Shown: one piece after another, positions 9,870 to 20,145 of the stretch
Numbering within the stretch: the first letter of the stretch is position 1
Layout of the letters: every line of letters begins with the position of its first letter
Assembly (NCBI GenBank): GCA_045656985.1
Contig: JAZOSH010000076.1
Coordinates: 1-55,292, forward strand
DNA from: Eubacteriales bacterium
GTDB taxonomy: Bacteria; Bacillota; Clostridia; Oscillospirales; CAG-272
DNA: 55,292 bases
Direction: 5' to 3'
Position numbers and translations under genes: made by a program
Notes under the pieces: generated by a model
Told to the model about the DNA's origin: nothing
The model's database searches: none
The model's input: only the letters and a program-made list of their open reading frames with translations

Positions 9870-11060
9870 ATGAAACTGATCAAAAGAAAGCAATATTTAG
9901 AAAAGTTAATAAGTGTAATTGGAACACCTGATATTAAGGTTATTACGGGCGTGCGACGTAGTGGCAAATCTAAGCTGTTGGATGCATTCAAAAGTTATGT
10001 CGAGGAAAACATAGCGGATTATAACATAATCCAAATTAATTTTAATTTGCCCGAATACGAGCATCTGTTGACATATCGTGCGTTGTATGATTATATCAAT
10101 GAAAGCTACGAGGCAGGAAAAGAGAATTTTGTTCTTATCGACGAGGTTCAGATGTGTGAAAACTTTGAAAAGGCAATCAACGGTTTGCATGCCTCTGAAA
10201 AATTTGATATTTATATTACTGGATCAAATGCTTTTTTGTTGAGCTCAGACCTTGCTACTTTGTTCACGGGAAGAACTTTTGAAGTTAAGGTCTATCCGTT
10301 CTCATTTGCTGAATATATGGAATATTTTGCCATTTCTGACAAATATGTAGCTTGCGACAAATATATGTTGGAAGGCGGTATGGCGGGTTCATACTTGTAT
10401 CGTGATCAAGAGGCTAAATACGATTATATTGCTGACGTTTTTGATACTCTCATAGTGAGGGATATTCGTCAAAAATATAAAATAAGAAATATGTCTCTTA
10501 TGAATCGTGTTGTTGATTTTTTGATGGACAATATCTCTAATCTTTCCTCTGCGAGAAGTATAACGGATGCTTTGACAGGAGCAAAGGAAAAGGTTAATCA
10601 CACAACGGTTAGCTCATATATTCAGTATCTTTGCAACGCATTTGCCTTTTACAAAATTCGAAGATATGACATCAAGGGTAAAAAATATTTATCAACCAAT
10701 GATAAATACTATTTAAGTGACCATACCTTCAGATATGCAAAACTTGGAACAAAGAATATGGACTATGGAAGAATTCTCGAAAACATTGTTGCGATGGAGC
10801 TTTTGCGCAGAGGTTACGAGGTTTACGCTGGTGTTCTATATAAAAAAGAAATTGATTTTGTGGCAATAAAGCGTAACGAAAAGATGTATATTCAGGTGTC
10901 TGACAATATAAGTGATGAAAAAACATTTGCTAGAGAGGTTGCACCTTTGTTAGAGATTAAAGATGCTTATCCCAAAATGGTAATTGCGAGAACAAGGCAC
11001 GATGAATATCAGCACGAAGGTATTCGCATTGTTGATGTTTCTGATTGGCTGCTTTCGTAA
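9870..11060 (+). CDS. AAA_14 ATPase with DUF4143 domain
   Basis: GVRRSGKS Walker A, LIDEVQ Walker B, ITGSNA, ENIVAMELLRRGY, EIDFVA. Confidence 0.9.
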   Translation: MKLIKRKQYLEKLISVIGTPDIKVITGVRRSGKSKLLDAFKSYVEENIADYNIIQINFNLPEYEHLLTYRALYDYINESYEAGKENFVLIDEVQMCENFEKAINGLHASEKFDIYITGSNAFLLSSDLATLFTGRTFEVKVYPFSFAEYMEYFAISDKYVACDKYMLEGGMAGSYLYRDQEAKYDYIADVFDTLIVRDIRQKYKIRNMSLMNRVVDFLMDNISNLSSARSITDALTGAKEKVNHTTVSSYIQYLCNAFAFYKIRRYDIKGKKYLSTNDKYYLSDHTFRYAKLGTKNMDYGRILENIVAMELLRRGYEVYAGVLYKKEIDFVAIKRNEKMYIQVSDNISDEKTFAREVAPLLEIKDAYPKMVIARTRHDEYQHEGIRIVDVSDWLLS

Positions 11061-11094
11061 ATATAATTTGTGATAAAATTAAAGAAAATGACAG

Positions 11095-11128
11095 AAAACG
11101 AGAGGGAAAATCCCTCTCGTTTTTCTTT
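11095..11128. terminator. Bidirectional terminator
   Basis: AAAACGAGAGGGA-AAA-TCCCTCTCGTTTT. Confidence 0.75.
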
Positions 11129-11139
11129 TGGTTGTTATA

Positions 11140-11400
11140 TTAACTATTAATGCTCTTTGCCTTGGCCTTATATCTTTTAAGAGAAGCCTCAATTTTGCTT
11201 GAAAGATAAGTCATTTGCTCTTGAGTTAATTTAACTCCTTGCTCTGAAAGATACGATATGTAGGCACCTGCAAGAGCACTTTCTGCCGTATTTGATTTGC
11301 TAAAGTAAGCAGTATTATTGTTTTTTTGGCCGAGTTTCTCTATTTCTTTTTCAGAAATGTTGTTGCCAATGATTGCCGTAAATGTTTTTTCAAGATTCAT
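11140..11400 (-). CDS. Hypothetical protein (86 aa)
   Basis: ORF with GGGGA RBS, upstream TATAAT and a downstream terminator. Confidence 0.55.
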   Translation of the reverse strand: MNLEKTFTAIIGNNISEKEIEKLGQKNNNTAYFSKSNTAESALAGAYISYLSEQGVKLTQEQMTYLSSKIEASLKRYKAKAKSINS

Positions 11401-11513
11401 TATAAATCCCCCTGTTTTTGTTTTTATTATAATACTATTTTTGCAATAATTAAACTATCATTTGTAAAGTGTTTTTTAACTAATGGTAAATGTTTGAAAC
11501 CTATTATTGATGT

Positions 11514-11990
11514 TTATTCAACAAAAAATACCTTGCGTATTATTTGCTCCTCGTCAATGATACTTACGTATGGGTATCGGCTGTCTAGGCTATCAGCTCG
11601 ATTATCACCGAGGACAAAGTAACGTCCCTCTCCGAGCGGGAAGGGAATGACTACAAGCCCTGCGTAGTCGGTCTGGCGGTCATCAAAAACGACTTCGTTG
11701 ACGTAAACACGGCCGTCGTGAATGTGTACCCAATCGTTTGGAATGCCGATTACACGCTTAATTATCTTGGTGCCGTCGTCAAGCTTTATAATCACGATGT
11801 CGCCCCTCTCGATTTGAGTGGGCTTGGCACAGAACAGGACCTGCTTGTCTTTGAGTGTAGGAGTCATTGACGTGCCCTGTACTATGCATATTCCTGGTGT
11901 ATGCACAAACATAATGGCAACGTAGATGGCGAAGAAAACAGTTACGATTATGTTTGTCCTTGTTAGCATTGATTGTAATCTGCCTATCAT
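11514..11990 (-). CDS. lepB: Signal peptidase I (S26A)
   Basis: N-terminal TM, GTSMTPTL (Ser), IIKRVIG (Lys), GDNRADSLDSR. Confidence 0.88.
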   Translation of the reverse strand: MIGRLQSMLTRTNIIVTVFFAIYVAIMFVHTPGICIVQGTSMTPTLKDKQVLFCAKPTQIERGDIVIIKLDDGTKIIKRVIGIPNDWVHIHDGRVYVNEVVFDDRQTDYAGLVVIPFPLGEGRYFVLGDNRADSLDSRYPYVSIIDEEQIIRKVFFVE

Positions 11991-12166
11991 ATCCAGTCAT
12001 CGTCAAGGTCAATGTCCGGTGTATCGTATATGGCATCTATAATGTCATAGTAGTCGGCAGAGCGATTCATCCGCTCTTCTTTGAGCCTGTTATAGTCCTC
12101 TTGTGTGATAATCAACACACCATCAAGGTAATTTGGTGTTATAGTAATCATTTCGTTTTTATCCAT
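11987..12166 (-). CDS. Small acidic hypothetical protein (59 aa), not in the ORF track
   Basis: Translated by hand: MDKNEMITITPNYLDG...DIDLDDDWI*; AAGGGGA RBS; ATGA overlap with the signal peptidase start. Confidence 0.6.
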   Translation of the reverse strand: MDKNEMITITPNYLDGVLIITQEDYNRLKEERMNRSADYYDIIDAIYDTPDIDLDDDWI

Positions 12167-12185
12167 CTGTCATTTCCCCTTTCAT

Positions 12186-12468
12186 TTATTCTAAGTTAAA
12201 GTTTTCCTGCATTACTTCTATCGCTGTTCTCATGCCTAAACGGTAGGCATAGGAGAAGATTGCTTCCTCATTTAAGCTGATGTACTCGGTGATGCAGCAT
12301 TCAAGCTTGTCGAACCCCTCAAGGTGTTCGTTTGTAAGTGTATGGTTAAATCAGTCTTGCGTCTTAAAATGTATTCTGTCAGTTGTTTATACTCGTCGGT
12401 TTGCGGTCGGCAATCGGTTTGCGGCGCGATGTTGCCGTGCCATATTTCTTTCGTTATCTCTCTCTCAT
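12186..12468 (-). pseudogene. Frameshifted DUF6809-like small protein
   Basis: GAGG RBS + ATG; across two frameshifts reads MREITKEIWHGNIAPQ...EEAIFSYAYRLGMRTAIEVM. Confidence 0.55.
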
Positions 12469-12819
12469 TCTTACCTCTTTATCTGAAAATTGAGAGAAAA
12501 ATACCGCCACAAAAAACAATCAAAAGTGGCGGTATATCTCCCCTGCCGAGCAGGGATTATATATATACAAAACAAAAAAGGAACTAAGAATCGGCATTCC
12601 GCCTCATCTGCTATAATTATATCACAAACAAGATATACTGTCAAATTTCGAACCCAAATAATCGCTTTTATATAAAGAAAAATCAACTTTTTTAGAAAAA
12701 TAATAAATTTTTTTGAAAATTTTACTTTAGAGTAGCTTGGGTCCGGATTTTTGACTGTTCAAAACGAAATAAATCGTTGCATTAGGTTGGTGAGTAATAG
12801 AAAAGAAGTATAATATATA

Positions 12820-13191
12820 TCAATATTTTTCCGGTGTGATGCCTGTGTGCTTTTTGAAAATTCGGTTGAAATAATATACGTTCTGAACTCCGTATGCAGA
12901 TGATACCTCATCTATGCTGAACATTTCGAATCGGATCATTTGTTTTGCACGCTTTACGGGATTTCTTTGAGAATAAAGGAGCATCGAATAATATTTATCA
13001 ATAATGTTACACAAATTTTTTTGAACCAATGTGCGCAATGGAGTTTTATTGCAAATGCCGTGAGAGCCAAACAGACGCGTTGCTCCCTCAAATGTGAGGC
13101 GGTATCTTACAAAATATTCTGAATAGCAAAGTATGTCGTTTCTTTTGAAATTTATCGGTACTGTTTGGCAGTAACACCTTGTTTTTTGCAA
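12820..13191 (-). pseudogene. Truncated AraC-family regulator remnant
   Basis: C-terminal SIDEVSSAYGVQNVYYFNRIFKKHTGITPEKY is the second AraC HTH; most of the protein is missing. Confidence 0.6.
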
Positions 13192-13244
13192 GATCTTGTG
13201 TTATACTACAACAGTATAACACCGTCTAATAGGAGAGTTGTAAA

Positions 13245-16169
13245 ATGCTACGAGAGGGTCATATTATTAAGCAATGGATCTCAGATATTAAAGCAAATGC
13301 GATTCGCTACGGCAGTCTGCCGTTCTGGTCTTGGAACGATAAGCTACAGGAGAATGAGCTTCGCCGTCAGATTCGCAGGATACATGAGCTTGGGATGAAC
13401 GGTTTTTTTATGCACGCAAGAGGCGGCCTGGAAACCGAATATCTCAGCGATGAGTGGTATGAGCTTACGCGTGCATGCGTTGATGAGGCCCAAAAACTCG
13501 GTATGGAGGCGTGGGCGTACGACGAGAATGGCTGGCCCAGCGGTTTTGCGGGCGGTAAACTCCTTGAGGACGAGAGAAACCACGCCGTTTTTCTGAGTTG
13601 TGTGCAAACTGACGAGTTTCCAACGGATGATGACGTGCTTGGTGTCTATACACTTGTGGATGGTGTGCCGACTCTCGTTACCGCACCGAAAAATGCTCCA
13701 TACACAGTCATCCGCATGGGCAGAGATTCCTCTTATGTCGATACACTCGATGCAGACGTTACGAGAAAGTTCATCGAACAAACGCATGAACAGTATCGGA
13801 AGCGAGTTGGCTTCTCTGAAAATATGCCCGGTTTCTTCACCGACGAGCCTCAGTATTACCGCTACTGCACGCCGTGGTCGCTTAAAATGCCTGCGGAATT
13901 TGAGCGCGCCTACGGCTACAGTGTGCTTTTCGCTCTGCCTGCGCTCTTCTTGGACTTTGATGGCGCTGAGGAGCTTCGCTATGACTACTATCTGCTTTGC
14001 CATAAGCTTTTTATACATAATTTTATCAAAGTAATCTACGATTGGTGCGAAGAAAACGGTTGTATGCTTACGGGTCATGCTGTCGAGGAGCGAAGTCTTA
14101 GCACGCAGATGTGGTGCTGCGGTGGTGTTATGCCATTCTACGAGTATGAGCATATCCCCGGCATCGACTATCTCACCCGACGCATCGACCACGATCTGGC
14201 GGCAAAGCAGCTTGGCTCTGCTTGCGCGCAGCTTGGTAGAAAAAAGGCGTTGTCCGAAATGTTTGGCTGCTGCGGTTGGGACGTCACGCCCCGGGAGCTC
14301 AAGCGTATCGCCGAACTCCAATACGCAAACGGCGTGAATTTGATGTGTCAGCATCTCTACCCATACTCTGAGCGCGGTCAGAGAAAAAACGACTACCCTG
14401 CACACTACTCCGAGCACCTGCCGTGGCAGGACTCGATGAAAGACTTCAATGCTTATTTCAGCAATCTTGGCTATACACTCTCTCGTGGAGATGAGCTTGT
14501 GACGACCTTGATAGTTCACCCCATTCACAGTGCATATTTGCATTACAAGCGCGAACAGAACACAGAATCTATCCGTCGTCTGGAGGATGAAACTCTCGCC
14601 ATTTCTAACCGTTTTTCCTCTCATCAGGTTCCATATCATTGGGGTGATGAGACCATGATGGCAAAGATGGCGCATGTAGAGGGTGACACGCTTTGTGTTG
14701 GCCTCTGCCGCTACCGCTTCGTCGTGATCCCGTACTGCGAGACTCTGGATGCTTTCACAGTCGCTCTTCTGAAGCAATATGTGGAGGGCGGCGGACGTCT
14801 CTTCATTGCAAGTGACGCGCCCTCGCGCATTGACGGTAAGCGGGCAGACCTATCCTTCCTCGTGGGCAACTGTACGTTTGAAGATATCTGCGCGGCGTCT
14901 CCTGTTGTGCTTAACAAGGACGGGAAGTATATTTCGGAGTTACGTATGCAGATCCGCACGACCGACCGTGGCAGGATCGTCTATATCACCAATCCTTCGG
15001 AGCACTCCTTCGTCGATGTGAGCGTCGATATCCGCGAGAGTACTTCCTTCTGCGAATTAGATATGCTCACGCTTATACCGCACGCTGTGCGTGGCGAAGA
15101 TGGCACATTTCTTCTTAATTTCGCATCGGGAGAATCCCACGTTCTTTTTGAGAGCGATGAAATCCCCATGCTTCCCACAGAGCCAACACCCATATCAAAG
15201 GAGAGTGTTCGCCTACCCGAGATATGGCACCTTGTCAATCAGCCCGAAAATGCTATGACGCTTGATTACGTCAGTGTCTCCTACGATGGCGTTCACTTTG
15301 AAAAAAAGGAACCCCTGACTGCCCTAAAAAATCGTCTTTATGAGATGCGTTATCGCGGTGAACTGTGGCTACGCTTTGAATTTGACGTTGAGGAGCTGCC
15401 CGATAGCCTCTGCGTTGCCGCAGAGCCGCTCCGTTACACGAGCTTTTCTGTCAACGGCTCTCCCGTTACGCTGACGGATAAGCCGTGGTTCGACAAAAGC
15501 TTTCTTTCTGCCGACGTTCGCCCTTACGTGAAGGTAGGAAAAAATGAGATCGTCTTTTCTGTTTCCTACTTCCAGAGAGATTACGTGTATTACGTACTTT
15601 TCGGTGACGTCAGCGAATCGCTGAGAAATTGTCTTTGGTTTGATACGGAACTTGAAAATATTTATCTTTTCGGTGATTTTGCGCTGAAAACAGATCGTGC
15701 ACGCTTCGTATACGGCGAGAAAAACAGCGTATGCTACGACGGTTCGTTTGCCGTATGCCGATCGAGAGACGAGGTCCGCCCCTATGACCTTGTCACCGAG
15801 GGCTATCCCTTCTTTGCGGGAAGTGTTACGCTTTGCACAGAGTACACGCACGTATCGGGCGGTCCGACACTCCTTGAGCTTGACGGTCGCTATGCCACGG
15901 CACGAATCCGTCTGAACGGTGCGGACGCAGGCGAGCTTTTCTTCTCGCAGAGCATTGACCTTTCGGGACTGCTTCGTGAGGGCAAAAACGAGCTGACCGT
16001 TACGGTCACAAGTTCAAACCGCAACCTTATGGGACCGCATCATCGTCCTGATCCTGAGCCTTACAGTGTTGGCCCGAGTACTTTCTCGTATGAAGGCGAG
16101 TGGAAAAAAGGTGTATACGATGAAAATTATCTCGAACGATATGCCTTTGTTCGCTTCGGTTTCCAATAA
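13245..16169 (+). CDS. Large glycoside hydrolase (GH106/alpha-L-rhamnosidase-like TIM barrel + beta-sandwich)
   Basis: PFWSWND, FFMHARGG, YDENGWPSG, FFTDEP, PGIDYL, SEMFGC; exact start uncertain. Confidence 0.75.
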   Translation: MLREGHIIKQWISDIKANAIRYGSLPFWSWNDKLQENELRRQIRRIHELGMNGFFMHARGGLETEYLSDEWYELTRACVDEAQKLGMEAWAYDENGWPSGFAGGKLLEDERNHAVFLSCVQTDEFPTDDDVLGVYTLVDGVPTLVTAPKNAPYTVIRMGRDSSYVDTLDADVTRKFIEQTHEQYRKRVGFSENMPGFFTDEPQYYRYCTPWSLKMPAEFERAYGYSVLFALPALFLDFDGAEELRYDYYLLCHKLFIHNFIKVIYDWCEENGCMLTGHAVEERSLSTQMWCCGGVMPFYEYEHIPGIDYLTRRIDHDLAAKQLGSACAQLGRKKALSEMFGCCGWDVTPRELKRIAELQYANGVNLMCQHLYPYSERGQRKNDYPAHYSEHLPWQDSMKDFNAYFSNLGYTLSRGDELVTTLIVHPIHSAYLHYKREQNTESIRRLEDETLAISNRFSSHQVPYHWGDETMMAKMAHVEGDTLCVGLCRYRFVVIPYCETLDAFTVALLKQYVEGGGRLFIASDAPSRIDGKRADLSFLVGNCTFEDICAASPVVLNKDGKYISELRMQIRTTDRGRIVYITNPSEHSFVDVSVDIRESTSFCELDMLTLIPHAVRGEDGTFLLNFASGESHVLFESDEIPMLPTEPTPISKESVRLPEIWHLVNQPENAMTLDYVSVSYDGVHFEKKEPLTALKNRLYEMRYRGELWLRFEFDVEELPDSLCVAAEPLRYTSFSVNGSPVTLTDKPWFDKSFLSADVRPYVKVGKNEIVFSVSYFQRDYVYYVLFGDVSESLRNCLWFDTELENIYLFGDFALKTDRARFVYGEKNSVCYDGSFAVCRSRDEVRPYDLVTEGYPFFAGSVTLCTEYTHVSGGPTLLELDGRYATARIRLNGADAGELFFSQSIDLSGLLREGKNELTVTVTSSNRNLMGPHHRPDPEPYSVGPSTFSYEGEWKKGVYDENYLERYAFVRFGFQ

Positions 16170-16263
16170 TTCTTTATGTAATATCTTAACAGTAAAAAAA
16201 CCAAAGATGGCAGGACTGATCCCTTAATATTCTCTGGTTTAAGTGAATTCCTATCATTAGAAA

Positions 16264-16303
16264 ATATCGGCTGTATTTACCGAAAGGCAAATACAGCCGA
16301 TAT
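16264..16303. terminator. Hairpin between convergent genes
   Basis: AATATCGGCTGTATTT...AAATACAGCCGATATT 16-bp stem. Confidence 0.7.
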
Positions 16304-16397
16304 TACTATGTTCAATCTAAAGGTTTATACTCGGTATTGCAATAGATATTTCAATATTGCTGTAAAGTAGTTGTCGCAATCGCTTTGCCGACGAAAT

Positions 16398-17198
16398 TTA
16401 CTGATTATCAGTCTTGGATGGAGGGCAACCGAAAAATGCAATGTAATTCCGGTAAAATGTGGTATAGTCCGAAAAGCCGCAACAGGTGCTGACAACGGTG
16501 GGGCATTCCCCCTCTAAAAGCATTTTCTGTGCCATCATGAGTCGCTTTTCGCGAATATATTTGTGAGGAGTTTGGTGCAGCTCCTTTTTAAAGAGGCGAT
16601 AAAGATAGCTTTCACTTACAAAAAGACGGGCAGCTACCGCACCTATGTCGATAGGGGAGTTAAGATGCTGATTGACGTATTGCAAAAAATCGGATATTAT
16701 AGGAGAGAGCTTCGCACCTTCACTGGGAGGGTTAGAGCCCCAAAAAGCGTGTAGATTATAGAAAAGCTCGGAGATCAGGTGGGGAAGAATTCTTAAAAAT
16801 GTTTCCTCGGAGCAGCTTTGACGATATATATCACATTTTCTGAAAATGTCATCGGCTATACGGTTGCCCTCAAGGTTGATGACCTCAAGCTCTTCGGGAA
16901 TAAGCTGCACGCCCTCGACACCATGTATGGTGGGGTCGAACAGTATATTGTATCTTTCATACCTGGCTCTTCCGTCTATATGTATGAAATGATAACTCAT
17001 CGGACGGATCAGTATTAGATCACCCTTTTTCAGCTTATATTTTCTATCCTCAATAACGTGACTCGCATCACCGTCTAGAAAATATATCAGCTCATAGGCA
17101 TTATGTGTGTGCATCGAATATGCGTCATAGGCGAGATCCTCGGAAACCTCGTGTTTGAAAAACATGCGGTCGGTTGAAAAGATATAATCGTTTATCAT
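16398..17198 (-). CDS. AraC-family transcriptional regulator with cupin domain
   Basis: HTHNAYELIYF cupin; SESYLYRLFKK, GFSDYTTFYR HTH; start moved to the ATG after GGAG. Confidence 0.88.
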   Translation of the reverse strand: MINDYIFSTDRMFFKHEVSEDLAYDAYSMHTHNAYELIYFLDGDASHVIEDRKYKLKKGDLILIRPMSYHFIHIDGRARYERYNILFDPTIHGVEGVQLIPEELEVINLEGNRIADDIFRKCDIYRQSCSEETFLRILPHLISELFYNLHAFWGSNPPSEGAKLSPIISDFLQYVNQHLNSPIDIGAVAARLFVSESYLYRLFKKELHQTPHKYIREKRLMMAQKMLLEGECPTVVSTCCGFSDYTTFYRNYIAFFGCPPSKTDNQ

Positions 17199-17342
17199 TT
17201 TTTTTGCTCCGTTTTTTTTTGGATATATTATAGCACATCTGTTCATTTTTTGCAATATTAAAGTGAAGATTTTGCCATTTACATTTCAAAAATTTCGATT
17301 TATAATGTTTACTGTAAAGAAATATTATCAAGGAGCAGTATT

Positions 17343-18413
17343 ATGAAAAGATTAAATCTTGCAATTATCGGTCAGGGAAGAAGCGGAAAAGATATTCACG
17401 GAAAATACTTTCGGAGTGTGGATAATCAGTATTATAACGTGAAGTACGTAGTTGATGCCGATGAATTCAGAAGAAAAGTATCCGAGGAAATATATCCGGG
17501 GTGCAAAACATTCTCTGATTACGAGGAGCTGTTCACCCTTGATGACATAGATCTTGTGGTAAACGCGACGTATTCTGAGATGCATTATCCGATAACGAGG
17601 GAGCTTCTTTTGCGCGGATACAACGTACTCGTTGAGAAACCCTTTGGTCGCTCCCGCTACGAATGCGATGAGCTTATAAAAATAGCTAAAGAAAAAAACG
17701 TTGTTCTTGCGGTATTTCAGCAGACGTTTCTTGCTCCCTTTTACAGGTTCATATATGACGTTATTAATTCGGGAAAATTGGGAGATATTAAGCAGATCAG
17801 CATTCGTTATAATGCCTTTGCACGCCGCTGGGACTGGCAGACCTTGCAGAAGAAATGCGCGGGAAGCACTTACAATACAGGCCCTCATCCGATAGGCATG
17901 GGACTTGGATTTTTGGATTTTGATAAGAACGCAAGAGTTGTTTACAGCAAGCTCGGTACAGCACTTACGAGTGGAGATGCTGACGATTATGCAAAGATAC
18001 TAATCTCCGCACCGAATAAGCCCTTGATTGATATCGAGATGTCGTCGATCGACGCGTATTCCGACTATAACGTAAAGGTTCAGGGCACAAAAGGTACACT
18101 AAAATCAACCACAAATAAATATGAAATGACCTATATATGCGACGGAGAAAATCCGGACCGTCCCGTTCGTGAGAATTTTCTCAAGGATGATGATGGAAAT
18201 CCTTGCTTTTGCAGTGAAAAGCTTGTGAAGCATACGGTGTCGGAAAGCTATGAGGGAACGGCGTTTGATATAGGAACTGCGAAGCTTTACGAACAGCTGT
18301 ATTTCAAAATTACAGAAGGTAAGGAAATGACGGTAACGCCCGAAATGGCAGCGGATATTATTTCTGTCATTGAAGAAGTCCACGCAGAGAATCCGTTGCC
18401 GTTAAAATATTGA
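17343..18413 (+). CDS. Gfo/Idh/MocA family oxidoreductase
   Basis: IIGQGRSG Rossmann motif, VLVEKP. Confidence 0.88.
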   Translation: MKRLNLAIIGQGRSGKDIHGKYFRSVDNQYYNVKYVVDADEFRRKVSEEIYPGCKTFSDYEELFTLDDIDLVVNATYSEMHYPITRELLLRGYNVLVEKPFGRSRYECDELIKIAKEKNVVLAVFQQTFLAPFYRFIYDVINSGKLGDIKQISIRYNAFARRWDWQTLQKKCAGSTYNTGPHPIGMGLGFLDFDKNARVVYSKLGTALTSGDADDYAKILISAPNKPLIDIEMSSIDAYSDYNVKVQGTKGTLKSTTNKYEMTYICDGENPDRPVRENFLKDDDGNPCFCSEKLVKHTVSESYEGTAFDIGTAKLYEQLYFKITEGKEMTVTPEMAADIISVIEEVHAENPLPLKY

Positions 18414-18414
18414 G

Positions 18415-19293
18415 GTGAATGACATGAAGAGGGTCGTAATACTCGGTTGTGAGAATTCGCACGCAAATGCGTTTTTGAAATTCATAAGGGAAAGGGAAGA
18501 ATTTTGTGACGTTGAGGTCGTTGGCGTATATAGTGACACAAGGGAAGCGGCAGAAAAGCTAAATGTCGAATTCGGTGTTCACGTGATGGACGATTATTCG
18601 GAGGCTGTCGGAAAAATAGACGGTCTGATAATCACCGCACGTCACGGAGATAATCACTATAAGTATGCCAAACCCTATATTGACAGCGGAATCCCGATGT
18701 TTATAGATAAGCCTATCACGATAAACGAGGACGAGGCCGTAGAGTTTATGAGAAGACTTCGGGATAAAAATATTCGGATATCGGGTGGTTCGTCATTGAA
18801 GCAGGACGTATTTGTGCGTCAGCTGAGACAGGACGCGAAAAATAATGTCGGAGGTAGCACTTTCGGCGGTTATATTCGTGCTCCTTATCAAAGCGAGAAT
18901 GAATACGGAGGTTTTTTCTTCTACTCTCAGCATCTTGTGGAAATGGTCTGCGAGATTTTCGGTAGATTTCCGCTGTCTGTGAGTGCAAGGCAGAACGGTC
19001 GTCAAATACATGTTCTCTTTCATTATGGGGAATACGATTGCGTGGGGCTGTTTTGTGATAAAAACAATTTTTATTACGCTTCACGTATGGCGGAATCGGA
19101 TGCGAAGAGCTTTGTTATTCCGATGACGGAGGATTGGTTTTATAACGAATTCAAGGAGTTCTACGGTATCCTTTCAGGGGATAGCCAAACTGTAGAATAC
19201 GAAGAATTTATTTCCCCCGTATTTATAATGAACGCTATCCAACGCTCGTTATGTAGCGGTAAGGAAGAACTTGTGAGAAAGATAGAGCTTTAA
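18415..19293 (+). CDS. Gfo/Idh/MocA family oxidoreductase (DKP variant)
   Basis: ILGCENSHA, PMFIDKPI, GGSSL. Confidence 0.75.
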   Translation: MNDMKRVVILGCENSHANAFLKFIREREEFCDVEVVGVYSDTREAAEKLNVEFGVHVMDDYSEAVGKIDGLIITARHGDNHYKYAKPYIDSGIPMFIDKPITINEDEAVEFMRRLRDKNIRISGGSSLKQDVFVRQLRQDAKNNVGGSTFGGYIRAPYQSENEYGGFFFYSQHLVEMVCEIFGRFPLSVSARQNGRQIHVLFHYGEYDCVGLFCDKNNFYYASRMAESDAKSFVIPMTEDWFYNEFKEFYGILSGDSQTVEYEEFISPVFIMNAIQRSLCSGKEELVRKIEL

Positions 19294-19302
19294 GGAGATA
19301 AC

Positions 19303-20145
19303 ATGGGTAATTTAAGACTTTCGGCATTTGCCGATGAATATTCCGAATCCTTTGAGGAGCAATTAAAGGGACTTTTAGGGTTTGGTATTTCGAATATTGA
19401 GATCAGACATCTCGATGGGAAAAACGTATCGGTTTTGGAAAAGAAAGAGGCTGTCGAGGCAAAAAAACTGCTCGATGCTTATGGTGTGAGGGCTTCCGCG
19501 ATCGGATCGCCTCTCGGAAAGATCCGACTTGACGGAAATATGGGTGAGCATCTTGAAACTGCAAGGAGGATTTTCGAGTATGCAAATCTTTTCGATACGA
19601 AGCTCATAAGAATTTTCAGCTTTTATGCTCCTGAGGGAAGAAAAATAACCGAAATGAAGGGTGAAGTGTTCGATGCGCTCGAAAAACTTGTCGTTCTTGC
19701 GAGAAATTTCGGTGTTACGCTATGTCACGAAAATGAGGCGAGGATCTATGGGGATATCCCGAGCCGTTGCCGGGAACTGATTGACCACTTTGACGGAGAG
19801 CTTAAGTGTGTTTTCGATATGGGCAACTTTGTTCTTGAGGGGGTTGATCCTTATCCTGAGGCTTATGAGCTCTTGAGGGAACACGTGGCTTATTTTCATA
19901 TCAAGGACGCCTGCTCAAACGGAGCTATTGTGCCCGCGGGCAAGGGAGAATCGAGGATAAGAGAGATACTTTCTGCTCACAGGGAATACTCGAGAGAGGA
20001 CTTTTTTGTCTCCCTTGAGCCGCATCTTAAGATATTTTCGGGACTCAACTCTCTCACCGACAGAGCCTGGAATAATCCATATCAATATCCCGATCAAAAA
20101 TCCTCTTTCGCCGACGCGGTGGCTAAGTTCAAGGAGATGATTTGA
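19303..20145 (+). CDS. Sugar phosphate isomerase/epimerase (xylose isomerase-like TIM barrel)
   Basis: LCHENE, FDMGNF, FHIKD, SLEPH metal ligands. Confidence 0.85.
   Translation: MGNLRLSAFADEYSESFEEQLKGLLGFGISNIEIRHLDGKNVSVLEKKEAVEAKKLLDAYGVRASAIGSPLGKIRLDGNMGEHLETARRIFEYANLFDTKLIRIFSFYAPEGRKITEMKGEVFDALEKLVVLARNFGVTLCHENEARIYGDIPSRCRELIDHFDGELKCVFDMGNFVLEGVDPYPEAYELLREHVAYFHIKDACSNGAIVPAGKGESRIREILSAHREYSREDFFVSLEPHLKIFSGLNSLTDRAWNNPYQYPDQKSSFADAVAKFKEMI

Noticed and set aside
9870-11060. AAA_14/DUF4143 ATPase as a novel defence gene
   Set aside because: Very common stand-alone family in Firmicute accessory regions; no partner gene here
13344-14777. 477-aa minus-strand ORF (likewise 32126-33082, 35671-36414, 43404-44117, 6909-7556, 50067-50711)
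   Set aside because: Antisense shadows of well-supported genes, with no recognisable motifs
17198-17220. Two A/T homopolymer runs near the AraC start as a phase switch
   Set aside because: They flank the RBS in an AT-rich intergenic region and are not clearly in a promoter spacer or coding frame
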